Shown: piece by piece, positions 1 to 7,167 of the stretch
Layout: each line of letters begins with the position of its first letter
Numbering within the stretch: the stretch's first letter is position 1
Source of the DNA: Shigella phage Henu12
Direction: 5' to 3' (one strand)
Sequence record: OQ834936
Length of the DNA: 64,000 bases
The notes under the pieces: generated by a model
The model's database searches: none
Told to the model about the DNA's origin: nothing
What the model saw: only the letters and a program-made list of their open reading frames with translations
Program-made: the position numbers and the translations under genes

Positions 1-229
1 CTTCGGTCTCGCTGTCCAGCTTAAGGGTAACATCAAAGGACACTTTAAATTTCTTCGTGATAGCCATAATAATTTCTCCTATAGAATTAGTGACATACGG
101 CCCAATTAGGCCCCATCTTACAGCAGATTCTTTTCCGTTGTCAACCACTTTACCATTTAGTTTTTTAGCAGTTGCGCGAGCGTCATCACGAGATTTTGCA
201 GATACAATGATGTTTTTGATAGTAGCCAT
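1..229 (-). CDS. hypothetical early protein, 3'-truncated by window edge (starts MATIKNIIVSAKSRDDARATAKKLNGKVV...)
   Basis: Minus-strand ATG at 227-229 preceded by GGAG RBS inside a conserved leader; frame stays open to position 1. Not in the ORF track because it runs off the window. Confidence 0.4.
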   Translation of the reverse strand, partial: MATIKNIIVSAKSRDDARATAKKLNGKVVDNGKESAVRWGLIGPYVTNSIGEIIMAITKKFKVSFDVTLKLDSETE

Positions 230-319
230 TTTGATACTCCAGTTTAGGTTGATTGTTGGTAAAGCTCTTTATCTGGGGCTTATCTTATCTAACTATAAAC
301 CCCATGTAAAGGACTTTAT
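230..319 (-). promoter_or_regulatory. repeated intergenic cassette copy A1: sigma70-like promoter (-35 TTTACA 310-305, 17-nt spacer, -10 TAAGAT 287-282), stem-loop, conserved leader with GGAG RBS
   Basis: Near-identical element recurs at 701-784 and partly at 1166-1200; hairpin GGGGUUUAU/AUAAGCCCC shows a compensatory base-pair change relative to copy A2. Confidence 0.5.
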
Positions 320-700
320 TTAATTAATTTTGAAAACTGTAACGTAGCCGTCACTACCAATAGTTTGGGATACTCCAGCTTTCTCTACATCATACCCCAT
401 TTTATCAAGATGATACATTGCATCTTCATATCCATATTTTCCGCCTTGATAGCGTCTTTTTTCGCATCGTATCACAGTTTTACCACGTCCTGCAATAGCA
501 TTTATGATAGCTTTTTCACCGGATAATGTACCGTCAAGCATAGTAGCTTTGTAGTGGTTGATACGGTTACCATTAACATCATACTTAAAATTGTAAGCGT
601 GAACAACAATTATTTTTCCTTTGAAGTTTTCTTTCATAGTTTCCTCTAAGATACTACGAAAGTTTTCTTTGTTGATAAATTTAGGCGCACGATATTTCAT
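320..700 (-). CDS. hypothetical protein (126 aa)
   Basis: ORF track; start directly preceded by conserved leader and GGAG RBS; co-oriented with neighbours. Confidence 0.55.
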   Translation of the reverse strand: MKYRAPKFINKENFRSILEETMKENFKGKIIVVHAYNFKYDVNGNRINHYKATMLDGTLSGEKAIINAIAGRGKTVIRCEKRRYQGGKYGYEDAMYHLDKMGYDVEKAGVSQTIGSDGYVTVFKIN

Positions 701-784
701 TTCAGATTCTCCAGTTTAGGATTGTTGGTAAAGCTCTTTATCTGGGGCTTAAGATACTAGCTTTTAAACCCCATGTAAAGTACT
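701..784 (-). promoter_or_regulatory. repeated intergenic cassette copy A2: promoter (-35 TTTACA 779-774, -10 TATCTT 756-751), stem-loop 745-772, conserved leader/RBS
   Basis: Direct repeat of the 230-319 element; conserved tail CCAACAATCCTAAACTGGAGAATCTGAA immediately before the ATG. Confidence 0.5.
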
Positions 785-946
785 TTATGCAATAATTTTT
801 ATAAAATCTTTCATGGTTATTTTATCGCCATTTGTAAGGGCTACACAATTATTACCCATAGCAGATTTATAGAGATAGAAGACTTTACCAATTTTTGGGT
901 ATCCGTCTAAATCTTTGTATTGTATTACATCGTTTTCTTTAATCAT
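785..946 (-). CDS. small hypothetical protein (53 aa, MIKENDVIQYKDLDGYPKIGKVFYLYKSAMGNNCVALTNGDKITMKDFIKIIA)
   Basis: Hand translation of minus strand; ATG 944-946 with GAAGG RBS; stop 785-787 abuts cassette A2. Below the track's 60-aa cutoff. Confidence 0.4.
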   Translation of the reverse strand: MIKENDVIQYKDLDGYPKIGKVFYLYKSAMGNNCVALTNGDKITMKDFIKIIA

Positions 947-958
947 TGTCAAGCCTTC

Positions 959-1165
959 TTAAACGTTGTAATAATAAATTGCTGTATGTCTTGTAAACTG
1001 TCTTGTATGATTTGTCAAGTAACAATCTGACCTGATTGACGTATTAACATATTTATCAAAATCTTTTTCTGAGATACGTTGCCAAACATCACAAATTAGC
1101 ATATAGAAACGACGTTTATTTGTTTTGTTGTTGTCAACAATCATTAACTCACGTTGATATAACAT
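959..1165 (-). CDS. hypothetical protein (68 aa)
   Basis: ORF track; preceded by the conserved leader/RBS (copy A3). Confidence 0.5.
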   Translation of the reverse strand: MLYQRELMIVDNNKTNKRRFYMLICDVWQRISEKDFDKYVNTSIRSDCYLTNHTRQFTRHTAIYYYNV

Positions 1166-1200
1166 TTTCAGATTCTCCAGTTTAGGATTGTTGGGATGTT
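1166..1200 (-). promoter_or_regulatory. partial copy A3 of conserved leader/RBS (CCAACAATCCTAAACTGGAGAATCTGAAA-ATG)
   Basis: Third occurrence of the leader, with a different upstream region. Confidence 0.45.
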
Positions 1201-1214
1201 TCCCGTTGATGCAA

Positions 1215-1243
1215 ATACTATAAGACTGGATTTATGAAGTCAA
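1215..1243 (-). promoter_or_regulatory. sigma70-like promoter (TTGACT-N17-TAGTAT) heading the small early gene block
   Basis: Read on minus strand: -35 at 1243-1238, -10 at 1220-1215; lies about 50 nt upstream of the 1165 start. Confidence 0.4.
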
Positions 1244-1412
1244 CAAAATTTTTAAAAATATTTTTGATGTTTCGTGAATAGAACGCACGTATGCGGATAC
1301 ACTAAAACAGGAATCTAGTCAAGAATTATTTTTGAGTTCTCTACAAATTTTTATCTTGACTTTTGGGAGGAAGGGGAGTAAGAGGGGATGGTGGGGCTGG
1401 TTTCCTACAGCT

Positions 1413-1650
1413 ACCTACCTGCACAAACTGAAAATGAATTTTCCCTTTGGAGTCCAACTGCATCTGCACAGATTGAAAATGAAAAACCCCTTTGGAGTCT
1501 AAACCTGCACAAATTTGAAATGAATTTTCCCTTTGGAGTTCAGCTAAAGAAATCTGTCCAGAGTTCTATGCAACTATACCTGCACAAATTTAAAATGAAA
1601 AAGCCCTCCTTACCTGAGATTTTAAACTCAAACTTTGGAGGGCTTGTCTA
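1413..1650. repeat. tandem array of four imperfect direct repeats of about 45 bp (core CTGCACAAAtTtGAAAATGAAttTTCCCTTTGGAGT), last unit ending in an inverted repeat
   Basis: Units start near 1418, 1463, 1504 and 1578; intergenic between the 959-1165 gene and the macro-domain gene. Confidence 0.7.
1590..1650 (-). terminator. putative intrinsic terminator downstream of macro-domain gene (stem AAGCCCUCC/GGAGGGCUU then U-rich run)
   Basis: Inverted repeat 1602-1610/1635-1643 followed on the minus-strand RNA by UUUUCAUUUUAAAUUU; the loop is large so efficiency is uncertain. Confidence 0.35.
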
Positions 1651-1669
1651 TGTTTATCTGGGTAACTTA

Positions 1670-2464
1670 TTAGTTACGTGCTTCAACATAGTTTACGTTT
1701 TCATGTGTGATATAATCTTCTGCAAACTCTTCTGTAGTCGCATTGATATATACACTTGCATCATCGCCAAACGTTACCGCTCTGTGGTGGTGGCCTTGTA
1801 ACGGGTGGGTAACTTGAGCGTTACTTCGATTGTACTTCTCAACCGGAGGGTAACTGGTGTGTACCTTGCCATTACGCTTCACCTTGAGGGTAACTTTATC
1901 CTTGCCTACCACAGCAACACCATCAAAGTATTGAGGCTCACTGAAGTTCTCCCAACCAGTAACAGGACTAGTCAACTGACTGTACATCTTATCTTCATAG
2001 ACATACATATAAACGTCAACATCCTTCATAGTCTGGTTGATAATGGACAGTACAGCCATGCTATCAAGACCACCAATCCCTGCACCAATCATCGGAAGCC
2101 CAACTTTCTTAAGTTGATTAACTTTACAGTAGTTGTTAAGACGCTGTAAAGCTGCTTCTAAGGCGTTGTATCGTGCATCTTTGCCAGTGATAACCTGAGT
2201 GTAAAGGTTAGCAATTCGACCCTGCTTAAAACGTGCTACAGAGATGTTACCAAGCATTAGATGCTTAGGGTTATGATTTTCACCACCTACTGTAGCATAA
2301 ACTTCAGCGTCAGTTTCATAAGCTTTTGGGTAGCGTTTAGCAATTGTTGCTGCGATACCTGCTGGCATCAAGTTCATGCAGTTACAACCGTGACCAATGA
2401 TATCAAACTTCTTACCATCAAAATCTTTAAAGATATCACCTTTAATAATTTTTACGATACCCAT
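1670..2464 (-). CDS. macro-domain protein, TARG1/DarG-like (putative ADP-ribose glycohydrolase) with C-terminal extension
   Basis: Motifs GHGCNCMNLMPAGIAATIAKRYP and GLPMIGAGIGGLD resemble the TARG1 HCISEDCRMGAGIA and PRIGCGLD signatures. Start moved to internal Met (MGIVKIIKGDIF) with GGGAG RBS and ATGA overlap with the upstream stop; the track ORF extends to 2521. Confidence 0.6.
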   Translation of the reverse strand: MGIVKIIKGDIFKDFDGKKFDIIGHGCNCMNLMPAGIAATIAKRYPKAYETDAEVYATVGGENHNPKHLMLGNISVARFKQGRIANLYTQVITGKDARYNALEAALQRLNNYCKVNQLKKVGLPMIGAGIGGLDSMAVLSIINQTMKDVDVYMYVYEDKMYSQLTSPVTGWENFSEPQYFDGVAVVGKDKVTLKVKRNGKVHTSYPPVEKYNRSNAQVTHPLQGHHHRAVTFGDDASVYINATTEEFAEDYITHENVNYVEARN

Positions 2465-2465
2465 A

Positions 2466-2666
2466 TTAGTAATGCTCCCAACGTTCGTTATCTTCAGATG
2501 GTTTAACTCGGTTACCTTCATGGTCTACCCATAAAGCACCGCAACCTTCACAGATTACTGGCATTGCTGAACCAGCTTTAAATTCTGCCTTTGTAAAGAG
2601 ACCTTTTAAGTCTCCTGTATCTTTTCCAAACATCTCAACAGAACACTTAGTGCAGAAATCAGCCAT
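2466..2666 (-). CDS. small zinc-ribbon protein (CxxC...CxxC)
   Basis: ORF track; two Cys pairs (CTKC, CEGC). Confidence 0.5.
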   Translation of the reverse strand: MADFCTKCSVEMFGKDTGDLKGLFTKAEFKAGSAMPVICEGCGALWVDHEGNRVKPSEDNERWEHY

Positions 2667-2880
2667 TTGATATTACCTCTTGGAAGTATGTATGATTACT
2701 GGTGAAAGTCTGTTTAAAACTTTCAACGTTTGAACGTAAGAAGCCTTCATCTAAATAATATTTGAAGGTTTCTTTATGTGAGAAAACCTCGGTAAACGGG
2801 ATTACTTCACTTCTCCCTACATAGATACCAGATGCTATAATTTGCCGTGTCTTTTTATTTCTGACGATTAGAACTTTCAT
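2659..2880 (-). CDS. hypothetical protein (73 aa)
   Basis: ORF track; co-oriented and tightly packed. Confidence 0.45.
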   Translation of the reverse strand: MKVLIVRNKKTRQIIASGIYVGRSEVIPFTEVFSHKETFKYYLDEGFLRSNVESFKQTFTSNHTYFQEVISNG

Positions 2881-3181
2881 ACATTACCTTTTCAGTTAGT
2901 TGATATAAGTCTACATGTTCAATGCCAACAATGTCAATACCAATTTTAGCGTAACGCTCTTTGATATCATTGTCGTTCATCCAAACGAGACACCAATGAT
3001 TTCTAACAGACTCTTCGAGCTTATGTACACAATCTTGGAATGTTGGGGTATCGCCTCTTGTACCAATCATGGCGATTACACCATATAGAAACTCACCATT
3101 GCCATATGTCACTTGGGCTACACCAATATCTTTCTCATTATCTGAGAAGACGGCTACAATGGTTTTACCATTAAGTTCCAT
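2855..3181 (-). CDS. hypothetical protein (108 aa)
   Basis: ORF track. Confidence 0.5.
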   Translation of the reverse strand: MELNGKTIVAVFSDNEKDIGVAQVTYGNGEFLYGVIAMIGTRGDTPTFQDCVHKLEESVRNHWCLVWMNDNDIKERYAKIGIDIVGIEHVDLYQLTEKVMYESSNRQK

Positions 3182-3337
3182 TATAGATTACCTCTTTAAT
3201 TTGTTGTAAGATTGCTTCTGAAGCTTCTTCCCATAAGGTAGAGTTTTCAATTGAATCTTTAACCTGTGCAATACCAATATTAAAACGGGTATCACCATAC
3301 TCTTCAATCAAGTTAAGAAGCTTCTGTTTGTCCACAA

Positions 3338-3607
3338 TCACTTCCTCGTTTTAAGGACTGCATAGATTTCTTTAGACTCTTCTCCGAACCATGTGTAGTG
3401 ATTCTCGTTGATTTCAGGATGGTTGTCAACACGTATTTTGCAATCTCTTCCAACATGTTTAAGTTGTGCAGAAACACCCTGCATAAAGATGTGACAAGTT
3501 ACATCATCCATAACCGTTGGCATAATGTCAAATCTCATGTAAGTGTTATTTGGTCTTGGTAACAGAAGATAACCTTCCACAAAAAATGTTTCATTCTTCT
3601 CTGTCAT
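3338..3607 (-). CDS. hypothetical protein (89 aa)
   Basis: ORF track; overlaps the downstream gene start by 4 nt. Confidence 0.5.
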   Translation of the reverse strand: MTEKNETFFVEGYLLLPRPNNTYMRFDIMPTVMDDVTCHIFMQGVSAQLKHVGRDCKIRVDNHPEINENHYTWFGEESKEIYAVLKTRK

Positions 3608-3873
3608 TGCTGCCTATTCCCTAACAAAATCATATCAATTAAATTGTTTGCCTTAATAGTACATTCATAGTAACCATCACGATAAAACTCAAGAGCACTT
3701 GCAAGGTCTTCACCTTTAGTGCCTTTAACCTCATATCGTGCTTCTTCTTGAGTGTACTTGTCACTCTCACTTACTTGGGAGTTTTTGAAGGTACTGTTCA
3801 CTTTGTTCGTTGAACACCCTGACATAAGGCTCAGTAGCACAATCATTAATAAAGACTGTCTTAGTTTTTTCAT
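3604..3873 (-). CDS. putative o-spanin (outer-membrane lipoprotein; signal peptide ending LMSGC)
   Basis: Lipobox-like signal; gene starts inside the 3' end of the upstream TM/coiled-coil gene in another frame, as in Rz/Rz1. Confidence 0.5.
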   Translation of the reverse strand: MKKLRQSLLMIVLLSLMSGCSTNKVNSTFKNSQVSESDKYTQEEARYEVKGTKGEDLASALEFYRDGYYECTIKANNLIDMILLGNRQQ

Positions 3874-4114
3874 AGTTCAATACCTCTTTGGTGTGTTTGT
3901 TTTTAGCAAGCACATCTTTCAAATCATTTTTGTAATTGGAGCTAAGATTTGATAAACCTTCTTGATAAGCATCTTTAGCAACACTTACAAGTCTCTGGTT
4001 AGTTAACTCCTTTTCATTAACTTGACTGGTCTTGTAAGTGTAACCTCCCCAAGCACCAACACCTATTAAGAAAATGATTACAAAAGCTGCTTGACAAAAT
4101 TCTTTAAACGTCAT
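3767..4114 (-). CDS. putative i-spanin (N-terminal TM helix plus periplasmic domain)
   Basis: N-terminal hydrophobic helix FVIIFLIGVGAWGG; overlaps the lipoprotein gene by about 107 nt. Confidence 0.5.
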   Translation of the reverse strand: MTFKEFCQAAFVIIFLIGVGAWGGYTYKTSQVNEKELTNQRLVSVAKDAYQEGLSNLSSNYKNDLKDVLAKNKHTKEVLNYEKTKTVFINDCATEPYVRVFNEQSEQYLQKLPSK

Positions 4115-4130
4115 TTAACTTCTCCTAGAA

Positions 4131-4156
4131 ATGAAAAAGGCTCCCGAAGGAGCCTC
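4131..4156 (-). terminator. intrinsic terminator GGCUCC-UUCG-GGAGCC plus U5
   Basis: Perfect hairpin with UUCG tetraloop and U-tract on the minus-strand RNA, just downstream of the 4167-4631 gene. Confidence 0.7.
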
Positions 4157-4166
4157 TATAATAACT

Positions 4167-4631
4167 TTAACCAAGAACTTTCGCAAGGACATTTGCTGCC
4201 ATTGTTGAGGCTTTTGAAGCAGCAGCTACGCCAGCCTTAATGGTATTATCCTTAATCGCAGAAACCGTTGCAGTATCTGTGAAGAGGTAAGTGGTAGTCT
4301 GAGAACCACTTGTAAAGGAAAGCATAAGAGCAGTTTCCAGATTGAAAGAACGGTAAGGAGCACCGGATTGTACAATCCCTTTTGCACCTAACTCTGAAGC
4401 CATACCCATATCATAGATAGTCATCAGATTTTCTTTATGAGCAGTAGTTGAACCAACACCTTTAACGTGTTTTGTGACATTCAACATTGCACGATACTCA
4501 CGAATGTTACCATCAGCTTTCACGTTTACTGCACGAAAGATTTTACCATCGAAATTACTTTTGATAATCTCACGAACTATCTGTGATTTGTTACCGGAAG
4601 CATCGATAGCTACTGTAATAATATTTTGCAT
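4167..4631 (-). CDS. hypothetical protein (154 aa)
   Basis: ORF track; followed by a terminator. Confidence 0.5.
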   Translation of the reverse strand: MQNIITVAIDASGNKSQIVREIIKSNFDGKIFRAVNVKADGNIREYRAMLNVTKHVKGVGSTTAHKENLMTIYDMGMASELGAKGIVQSGAPYRSFNLETALMLSFTSGSQTTTYLFTDTATVSAIKDNTIKAGVAAASKASTMAANVLAKVLG

Positions 4632-4642
4632 GGTTTACTCTC

Positions 4643-5338
4643 TCAGTTTTTAACAAGCATTGTTTTGATGTGTGGTAAGATTCTTTCAACCTTTGCCACG
4701 TTCTTCACTGTATCTTCTATAAAGCATACTACATCATAGTAAGGTAGAATGCAAGACTGAAGCATACGAACTTTCAAACTTTCTGCACTAATCTCATTGT
4801 CACCAAATCCACGCATAAACAGTAGGAAATCACTGTCTACATTCTCATTCAGGAAAAGATGTGTGACAACTCTTTGTGATTCTCCACGAGCAGTTAAGAA
4901 TCCTATATCAGCATTTCTTGATATACCACACAGGATGTTAAAAACATATGTTGGTTTAGCTCTGCGAGAGTCTACCAAGTTAGTATACTGTGAGTAAGTA
5001 CCATCATCTAACAAAGTTGCATTAAGCTCCTTATTAAAGCTTGTAAGAACACCGTCAATGTCTGCTAAGACCATTTTACGTTTTTCTTCCAAGTTCTTTG
5101 CAACCAAGATAAGGCTGTTACGACCAACATCTACAGTTTTACCTGTTAGCAAATCCTGACAAGGAATCTGTGTCTTTGTTGAGTGGAAGTCTTCAAATCT
5201 ACACACAACATTTCTTGCTGTATCTGCAAAGTCAGCTTTAGCAATATCTGACCAACTTGCAGAACTGATATCTAAATCAAGTGGCTTAATATCATAAGCA
5301 TGACACAGAACCATATCAAATTGTTTTGATTCGCTCAT
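4643..5338 (-). CDS. HAD-superfamily phosphatase-like protein
   Basis: Motif LADIDGVLT (DxDGxL/T), the HAD motif I. Confidence 0.45.
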   Translation of the reverse strand: MSESKQFDMVLCHAYDIKPLDLDISSASWSDIAKADFADTARNVVCRFEDFHSTKTQIPCQDLLTGKTVDVGRNSLILVAKNLEEKRKMVLADIDGVLTSFNKELNATLLDDGTYSQYTNLVDSRRAKPTYVFNILCGISRNADIGFLTARGESQRVVTHLFLNENVDSDFLLFMRGFGDNEISAESLKVRMLQSCILPYYDVVCFIEDTVKNVAKVERILPHIKTMLVKN

Positions 5339-5864
5339 ATTTTACCTTTTTAATGTTTGTTGCAAACTCACATTGAGCAAGCAGTTTCATGTTATTGTAC
5401 ACATCTTGAGAGTATTGTCTAGCCTTTGGAATCTTGTATTTGTAACCAGCATTATAAGAAGCTAGGACACGCTTCATAGAGTACTTTCCATCTGGGTTAC
5501 CATGAACCTTAGTCCAGAATAATAGCTCCTTATGAGCCTCTTTCGCTGAGTAATGGAAGTCACTTACTAGCTTCTTCTTAGCAACCTTTGGAGATACCTT
5601 GTTACGCTTTACAACAGTCTTCAAGTGATTTTGGAAAACACCATAATCATGAGTCTTTTTATTTTCTAACATGACACCTAATTGTGACTCTTGTAAGGCT
5701 ATAGCTGCTAAAGGGATTCCCCAACCTTTTCCCATCTGTCCTTCGCCATAGTTATATGCTTTTAACATATTAACTTTCTGGCTGATTGTAAGCTCTGGAC
5801 AGTCAGACGCTGTAGCTAAATGTGCTGTAAAGAATAAGCACAAACCTAAAACAAATTTCTTCAT
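5316..5864 (-). CDS. secreted lytic transglycosylase (SLT domain), candidate endolysin
   Basis: Signal peptide MKKFVLGLCLFFTAHLATA; SLT-like motifs ES, YGVFQ and YNAGY; start set at Met9 with AGGAG RBS (track start 5888). Confidence 0.55.
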   Translation of the reverse strand: MKKFVLGLCLFFTAHLATASDCPELTISQKVNMLKAYNYGEGQMGKGWGIPLAAIALQESQLGVMLENKKTHDYGVFQNHLKTVVKRNKVSPKVAKKKLVSDFHYSAKEAHKELLFWTKVHGNPDGKYSMKRVLASYNAGYKYKIPKARQYSQDVYNNMKLLAQCEFATNIKKVKYERIKTI

Positions 5865-5920
5865 TTGCACTCCTATTTTGTTAAACATGCAGATAATTAT
5901 ACACTAACCTGCACATTTTT

Positions 5921-5950
5921 CAAATAAAAAAGGCTGCCGAAGCAGCCCCT
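5921..5950 (-). terminator. intrinsic terminator GGCUGC-UUCG-GCAGCC plus U6
   Basis: Hairpin and U-tract on minus-strand RNA downstream of rIIB. Confidence 0.7.
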
Positions 5951-5965
5951 TTAGGAATTTACTTA

Positions 5966-7087
5966 TTAAACTTCACGTTTACGCTGAGAAATCAGTTCAC
6001 CAGCAGTACCTACAACTACGTGAAGTGCTTCTGAACCATCCCACTCTTTGATGATTTCACGGCGACTATTTACAATCGCTGCAACTTCATAACGGGAAGC
6101 TCGCATTTTCATGTCGTTGTAGTCAGTTGGTACTGAAACAACATCACGAGGATGAACACGAACTTTCAGGATAGTGTCACCAGAGAAGCTAGTTACATAA
6201 TCCCAAGCACCAACGTGCAGACCCTGAGAGCAGGTTACATGGCGGTTATTATCAACCATCCAACGTGGCATCTCTACAATGTTACCCAAATCATTTGGAA
6301 CTTTGCAGGTACGAGAGTCAAACAGTTTACCACCACGAGTTGTGACTTTCTTCCAACCGATGATATAACCTTCTTCATCAATTTCAACATCGAGGTGTGA
6401 TACGAAGCCCCAAAGTTGTTCTACAGAGTCTTTTGATGGGTTTTCCATCAGTTTTTCAAAGAATGCAATCAGTCGAACAAAGCCATTATCACCTTTCTTC
6501 ATCATATCCAGAATACGGTCTACCAGAGTTGAGCGCATCTGAACAGCACCGTAATACAGGTTGTCACCTTTGATGGTTACAGCACCTTGAGTGAAGTTCT
6601 CAATAGACTTGCGAATGTTCATCAGTTCAAAAGCTTTCTTGTACTCACCTGAAACAACAGCCATTACAATATCAGTGTAGTTAGGGTGAGTTGACTCAAC
6701 AATCTCAGACTCTGCACCGAAAGTCATGATAACAGAATCACCAGTAATCATGTATTCAATCTGGCTGTTATTCTGCATTGCTTCATGCAGAGCATTTACA
6801 GGTTCTGCTTTGACTGCTTCTTTAACAGCTTTTGCAACAGGTTTCTGCTTAGATACCTTCTTGGTCGCTTTAACTTTCTTAGCACTCTTTGCAATATCTT
6901 TCAGAGTCTTTGCAGGTTTTGCTTTGGTTTTCCCTGACAGCAGCGTTGCTTCATGGCGCTCTACAGCACGACCTACCGAACGGGTTGAAGTGTTATACTT
7001 CAGAGCGATTGCAGTTTTGGTCAGTTTACCTTCTTTAACCAGTGCATAGATTTCTGCGTCGATTTGTGCTTTAGTCTTAGTAGTCAT
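5966..7087 (-). CDS. rIIB: rIIB-like protein
   Basis: C-terminal half matches remembered T4 rIIB blocks (LVDRILD, ENPS, KVHPRDVVS-P-DYND-KMR); lies directly downstream of rIIA as in T4. Confidence 0.8.
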   Translation of the reverse strand: MTTKTKAQIDAEIYALVKEGKLTKTAIALKYNTSTRSVGRAVERHEATLLSGKTKAKPAKTLKDIAKSAKKVKATKKVSKQKPVAKAVKEAVKAEPVNALHEAMQNNSQIEYMITGDSVIMTFGAESEIVESTHPNYTDIVMAVVSGEYKKAFELMNIRKSIENFTQGAVTIKGDNLYYGAVQMRSTLVDRILDMMKKGDNGFVRLIAFFEKLMENPSKDSVEQLWGFVSHLDVEIDEEGYIIGWKKVTTRGGKLFDSRTCKVPNDLGNIVEMPRWMVDNNRHVTCSQGLHVGAWDYVTSFSGDTILKVRVHPRDVVSVPTDYNDMKMRASRYEVAAIVNSRREIIKEWDGSEALHVVVGTAGELISQRKREV

Positions 7088-7130
7088 TTCAATATCTCTC
7101 TTTGTTGTTTAAAATTACTTAGTGGTTCGT

Positions 7131-7159
7131 ATTCTAAGGGGCTTTTCAGCCCCTGTCAA
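7131..7159 (-). promoter_or_regulatory. sigma70-like promoter TTGACA-N17-TAGAAT upstream of rIIB, with the GGGGCUGAAAAGCCCC palindrome in the spacer
   Basis: -35 at 7159-7154, -10 at 7136-7131; 16-nt palindrome at 7138-7153. Confidence 0.45.
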
Positions 7160-7167
7160 ACTATTTT

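Noticed and set aside
57-323. Plus-strand ORF (88 aa) from the track
   Set aside because: It is antisense to a better-supported minus-strand gene (RBS plus conserved leader at 229) and spans the repeated cassette.
1413-1650. Possible CRISPR array, because of the regular direct repeats
   Set aside because: The sequences between repeat cores are themselves similar to each other, the unit lengths are uneven (45/41/74 bp), and there are no cas genes; it behaves as a tandem repeat, not repeat-spacer architecture.
1388-1801. Plus-strand ORF (137 aa) from the track
   Set aside because: It runs through the tandem repeats, so its translation is repetitive, and it overlaps the minus-strand macro-domain gene by about 130 nt on the opposite strand; likely a repeat artefact.
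3338-3361. Apparent one-nucleotide disagreement between the displayed sequence and the track translation at the 3' end of ORF 3338-3607
   Set aside because: Most likely my own reading or counting error at a line break; codons 1-82 match exactly. Track coordinates were kept, but positions here may be off by 1 nt.
7138-7153. The GGGGCUGAAAAGCCCC hairpin as a rho-independent terminator for rIIA
   Set aside because: There is no U-tract after the stem on the minus-strand RNA, and the element sits inside the spacer of the rIIB promoter; a termination role is not supported.
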